Source: Mobula birostris
Taxonomy: Eukaryota
Assembly: GCF_030028105.1 (NCBI RefSeq)
Contig: NC_092383.1
Location: 89,919,921 to 89,983,920, forward strand
Length of the DNA stretch: 64,000 bases
Direction of reading: 5' to 3'
Position 1 is the first letter of the stretch, and each line of letters begins with the position of its first letter. Below, one piece after another: positions 38,961 through 61,496 of the stretch. A program made the translations under genes and the position numbers. The notes beneath the pieces were generated by a model, which saw only the letters and a list, made by a program, of their open reading frames with translations, made no database searches and was not told the DNA's origin.

Positions 38961-40725
38961 AATTGGTGTAAGTAGGGGGCTGGGGAGGAGAGGTTTGGGA
39001 TAATAGAAGATAATTGTTCATTATAAATTGTTTTTTGGGTAGGCTCGGAAATTGAAGGATTGCTGGACAGTATGACTCGAAGGGCCAAAATAGGCTATTC
39101 CTCACTGTATCGCAGTAAAATAAAAAATGAAGTTAGAACAACAGAATTCAGAATAAAGAGTGACAGTCACAGAGAAAGAGCAGTGCAGGTTGACATTAAG
39201 GGGAAAGATCATAACGAGGTAGATTATGAGCTCAAGAATCTATCTCATTTTGCTAGGGAACCATTCAATAGTCTGAAAACAGCAGGGAATTGCTGTCCTT
39301 GAGCCTGGTGGTACCTGCTTTCAGGGTTTTGTAGATTCTGCCCTCTGAGAGAGGAGAGAAGAGACATTGTCTCAGGTGGATGAGTCCTTGATTATTCTGG
39401 CTGCTCACCAAAGTAATCCAGAGCTAAAAGAGAATGCTGGATGGCTCAGGTGAGGCAAATGATTCCTTGAACCTCTTCCACCCTGGTTAACATCATTCGG
39501 TATTGATGACGTGGCCTCCTTGACATTGGTGAAGCCAAGCATAGATTAGACCAGTGGTGGAGAACCATTTTGAGAGAGTGTGTCCAAATTGGCGAGAATC
39601 ATCTAAAGAAATTCTGCTGTGCAGCAGGGTAAGTTTGAGGAGAAATGATCATTAATTAATGCATTAGTGACAATAATCATGAACATTTTTAAAGGAAAAA
39701 GGATGTGTCCTCTTTATTTATGTGTATTTATTCAGTTATTATTAATAAAAGTCTAAGAGAGATTGAAATAAATGAGGCATTTTAGAAAACCTCTTCAAAA
39801 ATGTATTAATATTCATCTGTAAAAAGATATGTGAAAAATAACTTCATTTTAAATAATAATGATTTTGTAACCATTTGTCATGCAAATACTGATGGGTATA
39901 CCAGGTCTGCTGTCATGAGATCTGCTGGCCTTTGTGACATGCCAGAGAGCGTTAGGCTTCTGCCTTTCTGTAACACCTATATTTACTAATTGTTGTTTTA
40001 AATAGAGTCGTTCAGCCCTTGTGCTTTCTGTTTAATCTTGTTCAGTTAATTGTGACTGGGAAGGGTTTTCCGCATTTTGTGGTTATTTACAGCGGTCTCC
40101 TGAATACCATTCAACACAGGGTCCTTGTGTTGAGAACGACTTGTCTCGCGGTGTCGCTGGATTGTGCCTCCGATGTTCTATGCAATTCCTACCTATAACC
40201 TCTTGCTTTTGTCTCTGAATGTGAATCTGCCATTTCTCCACACCAGAGTTGAGTCTTTTCCAGCACTCACCATGACATAAGGACCCCGTAATCAATGGAC
40301 CCATCAGATGTTCAAGAGCGGCTTGGACATCGGTCACCCGGAGACAAGGGTGGCCTCCTTACTGAGTTTCTGATTTCCATGATGGAAAAATAACCTTGAA
40401 AATGCAAAACCGCAGTGGCAACATGAAAGTTTGGGAAATGCAGGGCTGGGCTTCTTGAAGAGTGGTGACAGGAGATGATTAGTTCTGATTCAGTGGCTTC
40501 ACCTGGCACTGTGTATTGGTCCACTTACTGCAGTGTTTCTTATCTCTGGGGACTGTATAAAAAGAGAGCATTCAGTGGGACTTGGACGTAATACTTTGAG
40601 GTCTCACCGACAGGATTGAGTAGGAGGTGTGTTGCAGTGGGAGGGGCCTGGGCACACCCAGGTAAGTTTTTTAATACTTGCTCTGTTCTGTCCACTAAAC
40701 AGAGTTTGTACTTCCAGAAGATTTT

Positions 40726-40762
40726 ACACACACACACACACACATACACACACACACACACA
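40726..40762. repeat. (AC)n microsatellite, one AT interruption
   Basis: Direct reading. Confidence 0.95.
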
Positions 40763-40814
40763 ATGAAAGAAAAAAGGAACTGGAATTCTGGTAATATGCA
40801 TCTCATGATTAAAT

Positions 40815-40820
40815 TTTATT
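40815..40820 (-). terminator. Probable poly(A) signal, copy C (alternative 41089-41094)
   Basis: AATAAA plus U/GU-rich downstream element. Confidence 0.55.
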
Positions 40821-41285
40821 CAACAAACTATTTATAGATATATCCCACAGGGTAGAGCAATAGGCTGTGTGATGTTCAGCTCACATTTACATCAAATAGA
40901 TTTCACTCCATGAGAAAGGTTCTGGAGTGAATCACTGGAAACCACAGCTGAAGAGGAAAATCAGGAAAGAAGAGAGGAAAAGAGAGGAATCTGAGAAGAG
41001 GCATAATTACATGATGTCAATATTTGCATATCCAGTCCAGATCCAAAATTCGTAGATTGGTCCTTTAAAATCCCATCCTGGCTGGGCGTTTATTTCAGTT
41101 CTCCCGCTTTTTGCATTTTCCTTTCAGTAAAACCCCAGCATTCAATAGGGTGTCTTCACCTTCAGGATTCTGAAAGTGACTCCCTGATCTTTGATACTGA
41201 CGGGTCAGATGAAAAATCAGATGGCTTAAGTCAACCTGCAAATATGAACTTGGATGGACCTTCAATGGGAACATTCAGGGGCAAG

Positions 41286-49898
<8,613 letters not shown>

Positions 49899-49951
49899 GT
49901 TGAATCGATTGGATTCCTTTCAGAATCTGACATCGGGCTTGTGAGCCCTAA

Positions 49952-50178
49952 TACTTATACTCAAGGAATCATTGTCACGTGGACACAGAGACAATCATTC
50001 CATATGAAGAGTAAATATTCTGGTACTCGTGATCAGTTTCTCTCTGATAAAATACATTCTATTAAGGACACCCTTCAATGTAGAAGTTGATAACAAAGTA
50101 TGTTAAGTGCTGTGAAATTAAAGATAATTCTTATCATAGATAACACAATCTGAAATTAGGTTCAAAACTGTTTTATCA
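49952..50178 (-). promoter_or_regulatory. Pepsinogen promoter, copy C
   Basis: Same motifs (+44288). Confidence 0.7.
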
Positions 50179-53100
50179 AATGACTGAGACCTAAACAGTC
50201 CTTCCAGGTGAGGTAACCCTTTACTTGTGAACCCACCAGTGTCATTTATTGTATCTGGTTTTCCCCTTGAGGCCTCCTCTACATCAGTGAGACCTGACAC
50301 AGAATGGACGATGGTGCCATTGACTGGCTACTCTGTCTATGTCTCTCATAATTTTGTGAAGTCCAACTGAAGTTCAAAGACCAGAGTATATTTAAATATC
50401 CACTGTTTATTCACTTCCACAGACGCTGCCTGACCTGCTGAGTTCCTCCAGCATTTTAAATGTGTTGCTTTGGATTTCCAGCATCTGCAGACTTTTTCAT
50501 GTGCAGTGAAACCCACATGGTCACGGGGAGAACGTACAAACTCCTTACAGACAGCGGGGGAAATCGATCCCTAATTTACTGCAGGTTCTGTAAAGCGCTG
50601 TGCTTACCACTGCATTACTGTGCTGCCCGACATGTGCTTTCAGCATGTTGACCTTCATAAATCAGAGAACCGGGCTGTTATCTCGAAGTTGTCCAAGACG
50701 TGCGTGAGGCCAAATTTGGAGTATTGTGTGCAGTTCTGGTCACCTATCTACTGGAAAGATATCAGGAATATTGAAAGAGGACAGAGAAAATTTACAAGGA
50801 TATTGCTGGGACTTGAGGACCTGAGGTAGAGGGAAAGGTTGCATAGACATGGACTTCATTCCCTGCAGCGAAGGAGAATGTGAGGAAATTTGATAGATGT
50901 GTACAAAATGTTGATGGGTATGGATATTGTCAATGGAAACAGGCTTCTTCTGTTGAGGTTGGTTAAGACAAGAGGTACAGGTAATAGGTTAAGGGTGAAA
51001 GATGAAATATTTAAGAAAAATTTGAGAAGAGACCACCATGACTCCGAGGGTGGTGAGAGTGTGGAATGAGCTGTCAGTCGAAGTGGTGAACTCCAGTTTG
51101 ATTGCAACATTTAAGAGAAGTTTGGATAAGTACATGGATGAGGAGGATCATGGTCCAGGTGGGAGTCGATGACACGAGCAGTTCAGCCTGGCCTAGGTGT
51201 GCAGAAGTGCCTGTGTCTGACCTTGCGGGAATGGAACCCACTCTAAGGACCTCACGAACAGCCGCTTATTAATATCCCCAAGGACACGGCTTGGAAGACG
51301 AGCGTGCTTACAGGGTTCCAGAGATTTCATGGCTCTGGGGACATGCTGATTCCAGGCCGGTGCCATAAATTGAAGCATCGCGGGAGAACGCGGAACATCG
51401 GGAGCAGCGGGTTGGCTGCCAGGGGTTGTGTGCTCGGGGAGCTGCAGCTTTTTGCTGCCAAATCTCTGGGCGCAGAGCTCAGAAAAAGCCAAGCAACAGA
51501 CTTTTAACATCGTAAATCAGTGAGTTGTTTGTTATGTCTCCTGTCTCACTGTGAAATGGGACACCCTTTTTTCCCTTATTAAGGAGAGTGAGAGCCTGTG
51601 GTATGTCAAATTATCGGGTGAACGAGTAGTCTTTGGGGTACTGCAAGTCTGTGTCTTTATTGATGCTTTGCTGCATGCTTGAGTGCTTGGTGGGCGGTGT
51701 TGATGCATTTTTGCTGGTGGGGGTGGGGGGCTGGATGTTGCCTTGTTGCTGCTTGTGCAGGGGAGGGGGAGTTGTTGGGGGGAGCTTTGGGGCTCTAAGT
51801 TTTAACTGTCAATCATTCCTTGGGGCACTCCTCTGCTTTTGTGGATGTCTGCGAAGAAAATAAATTTCAGGATCAATGTATCGTATACATTTCTCTGACA
51901 TTAAATGCACTTATTGAAACCTGTTGTAGTGTTCTGTAACTCTGACTCCAAACCCATCCTATTGTTGTACTTGTCTAATTGTCCCTCCCTCCACCACTAC
52001 TTCTGGCAGCTCATTCCATGTGCCCACCACACTCCATGGGGGAAAATATTGCCCCTCAGGTGCCCTTTAAATCTTTCCCATCTCACCTTAAACCTTTACC
52101 TTTTATTTTTAGACCATGAAAAGAACTGTGACCATTCACTTTATGTACACAGCTCGTGATTTTATAAACCTTGAGAAGGTCACCTCTCAGCCTCCTTCAC
52201 TCCAGGGAAAACAGACACAACCTGTCCAGTCTCACGAACCAACAACGAAACAAAAAGAACCGTAGCAGGATCATCGACCCCTAAATACCTACTCCCCGCA
52301 CGCAGAAATGGACAAAAATGGAGCAGTCACATCAACCTCCAAATCTCCCTCTCCACACACAACGAATGAGAAACATCAGGCAAAAAACACAGAATATAAA
52401 ATACTGTAAGACTGACCAAAAATCTGCAGTCCAAGTCCAAATCCAAAACGCAGAAAACCTGGGTAAACCAGCGGCTGTTCTTTCCCTCTCTGACAGCAGA
52501 GTGATCCCACCAGTGTTCAAAAGGCAGTATCCCTTCTCTGACAGCGGACAATCCCACCAGCGATCAAAAGCCTGGCAGTGGGTGTTCACCTTCCGTTTTC
52601 ACTCGATATTTCACCCTCTCTCCTTGTTTTAATCGGCGAACAATGGAAGATTTAATCCACAAAATAGAGCCGAACATCGGCTTGAGACCCATGCTGCAGT
52701 CTTCCCGCCACGATCCTCTCAGAGACTACAGAGCATGAAAACACCCTGACGATTTCCAAAATGGAAATCACAGGCTCAAACAGTCTCAGAATCACATTCA
52801 AGACAAAAAACAAACATAAAAGAAGCGAAATATATGGTTTCATAATCTATCCACAGTCATGAGTCTAACTGTCATCGATACTGTGGATACTGAACTTTTT
52901 ACTGTTGGACTTCGGCCATATTCCACCGAGATACAACACTGGGCGGCAGGGAAGGTCGGTCCTGCCTGTGGCCATCGAACTTGCAGCTTCTCCTGTGGAG
53001 GGTCAGACACTCTGAACCAATAGACTGGTCCTGGATTTAATTTCCATCTGGCATAGTTTGCATATTGTTTGATTGTTTGTGGTTTTTGTATTGCTATATT

Positions 53101-53854
53101 TATGCTCTATTCTTGGTTGGTGCGGCTGTAACGAAACCCAATTTCCCTCGGGATCAATAAAGTATATCTATCTATCTATCTATACTACGGTAGGAAGAGT
53201 CATAAGTCCAATTGTCATTGACACCACACTACAGTCATGAGTCTGATTGTCATCGACACTACAGTGTGAAGAGCCATGAGTCCGATTGTCATCGATAGTA
53301 CTCTACGAGGAGTCATGAGTCCGATTGTCCTTGACACCACAGTACGAACAGTCTTGATTCCGATTGTCACCAACACCTCAGTACGAGGAGTTATGAGTCC
53401 GGCTGTCATGGGCACTGCAGTACCAACAGACATGAGTCCGACTGTCATATACACTTGTCTTGAGTCCGATTGTCACAGACACTACAGCACAGAAACAGGC
53501 CCTTCATCCAATCCAGCCCATGCCAGTCTAGTCTTCTGTCTGATTCCAGCTCCTGCGCCCACATCAATGCCCTCTGGAACCCACACATCCATATACCTAT
53601 CCTAACCTCTTAAAGACTCACTCTTAACAATTTAAGAACACCTTCTTCCTCTTCACCGTCAGATGTCTGAACAGTCTATAAACCCATGAATGGCAAAGCA
53701 CAGGAACATTCTCTTCAGCCTTCAATGTTCCCTTGGGGCTCATTCCAAGCATCTAACACTCTCCATGTAAAAAACTTGCCCCACGCATCTGCTATAAACT
53801 TACGCTCTCTCAACTGAACTGCATGCTCTCTGGAATTAGATAATTCAACCCTGG

Positions 53855-54703
53855 GAATTGAATTGACTTTATTACGCACATCCTTCATATACATGAGGAG
53901 TAAAAATCTTTACAGTAGGTCTCTGTCTAAATGTGCAATAAGGAATTTATATAAATTTATAATAAATAGTATGTACAACAAATATAACATGGAAATCAGT
54001 TGTATCAGCATGAATTAATCAGTCTCATGGCCTGGTGGAAGAAGCCGTCCCAGAGCCTGTTGGTCCTGGCTTTTACGCTGCGGTACCGCTTCCCGGATGG
54101 TAGCAGCTGGAACAGTTTGTGGTTGGGGCGACTCAGGTCCCCAATGACTCTTTGGGCCCTTTATACATACCTGTCCTGAATAGTGGGAAGTTCCCATCTA
54201 CAGATGCGCTGGGCTGTCCACACCACTCTCTGCAGAGTCCTGCGATTGAAGGAAGTACAGTTCCCATACCAGGCAGGGATGCAGCCAATCAAGATGCTCT
54301 CAATTGTGCCCCTGTAGAAAGTTCTTTGGATTTAGAGGCCCATACCAAATTTCTTCAACTGAAAGAGGCGCTGTAGTGCCTTTTTCACCACACAGCCGGT
54401 ATGTACAGACCATGTGAGATCCTTGGAGATGTGTATGTCGAGGACCTTAAATCTGTTCACCCTCTCAGCTCCAGATCCATTGATGTCAATAGCGGCTCTA
54501 CTGTCTCCATACCTCCTGTAGTCCATAACCAGCTCCTTCCTTTTTGTGACATTGAGGGAGAGGTTGTCTTCTTGACATGATTGTGTCAGCGTGATGATTT
54601 CTTCTCTGCAGGAAGCCTCATTATTATTTGAGATTAGGCCAATCAGTGCAGTATCGTCAGCAAATTTAATTAGCAGATTGGAGCTGTGATGACGACACAC
54701 TCG
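53855..54703 (-). mobile_element. Same Rex1/Babar fragment, unit 3
   Basis: ORF 54332-54778 with KFADDT. Confidence 0.88.
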
Positions 54704-57040
54704 CCAGCTATCTATCCCTCTCATACTCTCAGAGGCCTTTTTATCAGCTACACCCATGCACCTGCTCATTAATGCCAATCATGTAGCTGCCACTCAATGC
54801 ATAAAAGCACGCAGACATGGGCAAGAGGTTCAGCTGTTCTTCAGACCAAAACTCAGAATGGGGAAGTAAAGTATTCGGACTGTGTTGGTCATTGACACAA
54901 ACAATGCATTTCACAGTATGTTTCAATGTTTCCATGTACTGTCTTTGTGACATATAAAACTGGTCCATCTCTTCAAAAACTCAGTGAAATTAACCAAGAC
55001 CTTCAGAAATACAGGATGAAACATGGAACAGGACAAATAATTTCAAGCTATTTTTCTAATAGTTTCAAGGGTATTCATACCTGGGGAATTGTTCAATCAA
55101 ATGGATAATAAGCAGATTTGTAAACATATTAAAAATGCTCTGTCAACAAAAGAGAATCAGTAATAAGTGCCTATTATTGACTATTAATTGATAAGGTGAG
55201 CAATTAAACATGACTTCTGTTAATAAAATTAACCTCTTGTGTTTCGCTTTGCTCTCATTGCTGATCTAAGACAACAGTGAAAACAAATTCAAGTGAAAAA
55301 CTTCAAATTCTGGAAATCCAAGCAACGCACACAAATTACTCGATGATCTCACAGGCCAGGCAGCGTTTATGGAAAAGAGTACAATCGATGTTTAGGGCCA
55401 AGACCCTTCATCAAAACAAAATATTTGCCCGCAAGAATGCCCTTGGTTCCATTTCAATTCTGAAGTCAATTGTAGACAGTCAGCACAATCATGAGTACTC
55501 GCCACCGTAGTATCTGTGACGTCTTGAAGGAGCCGAGACTCAAAGGCTGTGTCCATCATTGAAGACCCCCACCACACAGGCCATGCCCCCTTCTCATTGT
55601 GACTGTCAGGAGGAGGGACAGAAGCCTGAAGGCACGCACTCAGCAATTCAGAAACAGCTTGCCATCCAGTTTCTAAATTGACATTGAACTTATGAACACC
55701 ACCTCACCACATTTGTATTATTTATTTCCATTTCTGCACAAGTTACTTTAACTTAACCATTTAATATATAAATATACACTTACTGGAATTCAGCTTTTTC
55801 AATATTTTTCATGTATTGCACTGTACAGCTAACACAAATTTAACAAATTTCACAACATATGCCGGTGATATTAGTCTTGATCATGCTTGCTGTATATTTT
55901 GCATCGATATAAGAAAGATTTTGCATTCATGCTGCACTTCTAGTAGCCTTATTTTCTCGATAACGTTTCACACTCTTCAATTGACAGATTTGAAAGGTCA
56001 GGGTGTCGGGGCCTGAGGCGAGAGACGGGCTGGTTCAGCTCACTTCCCCGTGATACTTACTCAGCTCCGCACCGAACTGAGAGTCTGCGGCTTCACGTCT
56101 GTGGACAGACTCTCTTTTGTGGACATCAGTTCTGATCACTGTTTGCTTGCTTCGATTGTTTGCATGATCTGTTTTTCTTCTCTCTGCTCGTTGGGTGTTT
56201 GACAGTCTGCTTTTTTAATGGATTCTTTTGTGTTTCTTTGTTTTATGGCTACCTGAAAGGAGACATATCTCTAGAACGTATATGTATACATACTGTGATC
56301 ATAAGCATACTTTGAACTTTGAACATCTTCTGAAGTATATTATAATTGGTAATTTGGTTTACTACTGTCACATTCACTGGAGTGCAACAACAATGAACCA
56401 ATTTACCAGTCAGAATGAACTTCAGAAGATGACAATGTCGGTAAGGAGTTATTATTGTCACAAGAGGGGTGAGGGGTATATGGGGTGTCCAGGGATGGGT
56501 AGCACCTCTGGCAAAGGGGCTTGTTGTGTCCATTCTAGGGCAGATGACTCACCTTTCAGACACTCAGCTCTCACCCGTGGCTCCTAGTATCTGTTTGTAT
56601 GTGACAGCAGCCAAACCCAATACAGCGCTTCACCAGGTGGGGAAAACCAGGTGGGGAAAACCAGGTGGGGGTACCAGACCTGCCCTAGCATGCAAAGTCT
56701 GCTCTGGTAGACTGAGATCTGTAGTGAGATCCAACAACTAGGAAGGTGGTTCTGCATCGCTCTGAGGAGAGCGAACGGCATGAAAAGGCATGGAAGTTGT
56801 CATGGTTGTCCACTGCAACCAAGGAATACCTCAGCTTGTGACGCTTGTTTCTACCACTGGGCCTGGACTGCTGATGTCTAGAAAGTGGAACTGACCCAGT
56901 GCGATAGATTTTCCACTTTAAAAACTCTCCCACACAGGTATCTATCACTGTTGGCCACGATGAACAAGAACCACTTGCGGTGCAATGATACACCTTGTTT
57001 TACATGTCACCCGTACAGATCAATTCATCACATCAGTACA

Positions 57041-59655
57041 TATGATGGGAATCAGGATGATCGAGCTGAGGGTGAGCCAGCAGGTTTACAAGTAGATGAT
57101 GGGTGTAACATGAATGTAATGAAGGACAAGCCAATGATGGGTCACAAATGCAGACAGAGCAAAGAACTCAACTGGACCACAGAGTCAAAATTCATCAGGG
57201 CGAAGGCTGCCGGACTGAAGCTGCGATATTTAAATCGGCGTAGCATCCGGAATAAGGTGGGTGAACTCGTGGAACAATTAGAGGTTGGTTGGTGTGACAT
57301 TGTGGGCATCACTGAGTCGTGGCTGGAAGACCATAGTTGTGAGTTTAACATCAAAGGATATACTCAGTAAAGTAAGGACAGGCAAGAAGGTACAGGCGGT
57401 GGTCTGGCTATATTAGTAAGAGATGGAATTACATCTGTAGATGGAGATGACGTAGGGTCTGAGAACATTGAATCTTTGTCGGTGGAGTTAAGAAACAGCA
57501 AAGGTGAAAAAAAACATTCTGAGAATCTTATAGGCCTCCTAATAATAGCCAATATGTGGGGTTGAGTTTGTAAAGAGTGTTGGAAAAGGCATGTGAAAAG
57601 GATAATGATACAGTGGTATTGGGGGACCTCAATATGCAAGTGGATTGGGAAAATTAGGTTTTTCCCCAGGAAAAAGAGAGGGAATTTATTGAATGCCGAT
57701 GAGAGGGCTTTTCAGAGCATCTTGTGCTTGAGCCTACTTGGGGAAAGGCTTTTGGGTGTTGTGTCATGACCCAGATCTCATTAGGGAGCTTAATGTTAAA
57801 GGAACCATTAGGAGACAGTGATCATAATATGATTGAATTCATACTGCAAACTGAAAGGGAGAAGCATAAGTCACAGGTAATGCCGGTCGTGCATGCAGCC
57901 TGTTACAGAATCAAAACTCATTTGTAAGGCCAGTGATGTTGTGGGGATGGAACTGGACTCTCTCACGGTGGTGTCTGAAAAGAGGATGCTGTCCAAGTTG
58001 CATGCCATCTTGGACAATGTCTCCCATCCACTACGTAATGTACTGGGTGGGCACAGGAGTATATTCAGCCAGAGACTCATTCCACCGAGATGCAACACAG
58101 AGCATCATAGGAAGTCATTCCTGCCTGCGGACATCAAACTTTACAACTCCTCCCTTGGAGAGTCAGACACCCTGAGCCAATAGGCTGGTCCTGGACTTAT
58201 TTCCATCTGGCATAATTTACATATTATTATTTAATTATTTATGGTTTTATATTGCTATATTTATACTCTATTCTTGGTTGGTGCAACTGTAACGAAACTC
58301 AATTTCCCTCAGGATCAATAAAGTATGTCTATCTATCTATCTATCTATCTAACAGTATAGTGATGGAATAAAGAAAATTACAGAGGCAAGAGAGAGGAGT
58401 TTACCCCGGTGGATCAAAGGAAGATTCGTTGTTGCCGGTCACGTGACAGAAGATACTGGCGGGGATGATGGTAGAGCAGAAGCAGCTGAAGTTTCTGAGA
58501 ATAATTCACAAGGCACAGGATAGATATGTCCCATAGAAGAAGTAGTTCTCAAATAGCAGGGCTAGCCAACCGTGGATGACAAGGGAAGTTAAGGTCTGCA
58601 TGAATGCCAAGGAAAGGGCATATAAGGTAGCAAAAGTGAGTGGGAAACTGGATGATTGGGAAGCTTTTAAAATCCTAGAGAGCTCGAGGTCTGTGAGTGT
58701 CAGGCAGCAGGAGTGAGTGACACAAAGGTCTTAAGGTGCTTAAGTCACTCACAATTCCTAGAGTCATTCCTAGACTCTCTCAAATGAACTACATCCCAGA
58801 GTCCTAAGAGACATTGCTGAACAAATAATGGATGCTTTTGGCGTGATCTTTCAAGAATCTCTTAACTCTGGCATGGTCCTGGAGGACTGGAAGATAGTAA
58901 ACGTCACACCACTCTTTAAGAAGGGAGGAAATTGAAAGAAAGGAAATTATAGGCCAGTTAGCCTAACTTCAATGTTTGGAAAAGTATTGGAGTCTATTGT
59001 TAAGAATCAGGTTTTGGGGTACTTGGAGATTGATGATAAAAATTTCAAGGGGAATAGAATATAACAGCAAGGAGATAATGTTAGGCTTTAAAAGGCACTA
59101 GTCAGGTGCACTTGGAGTATTGTCAACAGTTTTGAGTCTCATATCTCAGAAAGGATGTGTTGTCATTGCAGAGAGTACAGAGGATGATTCTGAGAGTGAA
59201 GGGGTTAACATATGAGGAGCATTTGGCAGCCTTGGGCCTGTACTCACTGGAACTTAGAAGCATGCGTGGGGATCTGATTGAAATCGACCAAATGTTGAAA
59301 AGTCTAGATAGGGTGGATGTGGAGAGGATGTTTCCACTGGTGGAGGTATCCAAACTAGAGAGTTCAGCCTCAAAATTGAGGGCCAAACTTTTAGAACAGA
59401 ATTAAAGGAAGCTTTTCTTTAGCCAGAGAGTCGTGAATCTGTGGAATACTCCGCCACAGACTGTGGTGGAGGCCATCTCCAAAGGTATATCTGAGGCGGA
59501 TGTTGCTAGTTTTCTGATCTCTCAGGGCGTCAAAGAAAATGGCGAAAGGGCGGTCGTATGGGGTTGAGTGGGATCCGGGATCAGCCATGATGGAACAGTG
59601 GGACAGACTCAATGGGCTGAGTGGCCTAATTCTGCTTCTATATCTTATGGTCTTA
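57041..59655 (+). mobile_element. Same long CR1, unit 3
   Basis: ORFs 56885-57370 and 59157-59405. Confidence 0.9.
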
Positions 59656-59745
59656 CCTGGAGGTTGTACAAGGGAAAGGCAATAGCAGAATACAGATTAT
59701 AGTGTAACAGTTACAGAGAATGTGCATTGCAGGTATTAATAACTT

Positions 59746-61496
59746 TACATAGATAGACACTTTATGATACCAAAGGAAATTACAGTGTCACATTAGCATT
59801 ATAAGTGTACAGATTTACAAATATGAGAAGAGAAGTAAGAAAGAATTTAAAAAAGTGACCTTAAAAATAAGATGTACAAGATTTACAAATCAGAGATTAC
59901 AAGATTTTCAAGATTTCCAAATTCACACTGATAAGATGGTAGTGCAAGAATTGCTGTAATATTATAAAGTAATGGGTGCATCTTCACACCATCAAGATAA
60001 GAACTGGTGGTGGTATTGCACAGTATTGCACGATAGCAGGAGTGGTAAACAGAGCTAAACAGATTGAAAGCAGAGCTCTAGTAATCAGAGGTAAATAGCA
60101 GTCGAACACGAGGGGTCATCACTTCCCTGGCTATAGGTTGGCTATTGACCAAGGTTAAGAATGACCTCATGTCGTGCTCTTTGCAGCAGTGCAGTTGTCT
60201 TAGTCTATTACTGAAAGTGTTCCTTCGATCCGCCAAGGTGGTATGCAGAAGGTGAGAAACATTATCCAGAATTGCCAGGATTTTCCAAAGGGTTCCTTGT
60301 TCTACCACAGCCTCCAGTGTGTGCAGTTTGACACCTATAACAGAGCCAGCCTTTCTAATCAAATCAGCCAGTTTGCATCACCTGTGCTGATGCCATTGCC
60401 CCAGCACACCACTGCACAGAATATTCTACTGGAGGCAGCAGACGAGTAAAATATGTGCAGCAGAGGCCTCCGTTCTCCAAAGGACCGCGATCTTCTCAGG
60501 AAACAGAGGTGACTCTGGTCCTTCTTGTACACAGCCTCTGTGTGGGTGCTCCTTTCAAGTCCGCAATCCACGTGCAAACCTGGGTACTTGTAGGTCCCAC
60601 CACACCCACATTCTCACCATCAATTGTAACAGACAGAGGGGCTGGCTTAGTCTTCCTAAAGTCCATCTCCATCTCCTTTGTCTTACTGATGTTGAGCTGC
60701 AAATGATTCCGTTTGCACTGTTTGACAATGTCCTCCGCCAGGGCCCTGTATTCATTCCCCCATCCTCCCTTTAAAAACCCAACTATTGCTGAGTCATCGG
60801 AGATTTCTGCAGATGACATGACTCAGAGTTGTACCTGAAGTCTGAGGTATACAGAGTACAGATGAAGGGAGCCAATACCATCCCCTGTGGAGTCCCAGTG
60901 CAGCTTTTAGCCACGTCTGACACACAGCTCTGAAGCTGCACAAACTGTGGTCTGCCAGTCAGGTCAGCCATTATCCAGGATCCAATGGAAGTGCTAACCT
61001 GCTTTGAACAGAGATTCTCCCCCAGCAAGGAGCGTTGTATGGTATTGATGGCACTTGAGAAATCAAACAACATGATCCTCACAGTACTGCCTTGTTTATC
61101 AAAATGGGAGTAGGCTCTGTTCAGCGGGTAAATGACACCATCGTCAACTGCAATGTGCTCCTGGTAGGTAAACTGCAGGAGATCGAGGTCTGATCTGACC
61201 AGGGGTCAAAGGTAAGCCAGGAACAGCCTCTCTAAGGACTTCATGATGTGTGAGGTCAGGGCCTCTTGATGGCAGTTATTCAAGATTATTTGGTCAGCCC
61301 TTCTTGGGCACTGAGACCAAATATGATGTTAGCCAGATTGAAAATTCACTGGAGAACTCCACACAGCTGCTCAGCACACTCCTTCTGGACCTTGGGGTTC
61401 ACACCATCCAGTAGTAATTCTTTGCTATGTCTGAGTTTCCACAGAGTTTCCCTTCACATTTGCTCAGTAGTGAAGGTCAGTCCATGATGACTGTGG
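59746..61496 (-). mobile_element. Same Rex1/Babar LINE, unit 3
   Basis: ORFs 60078-61082. Confidence 0.9.
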
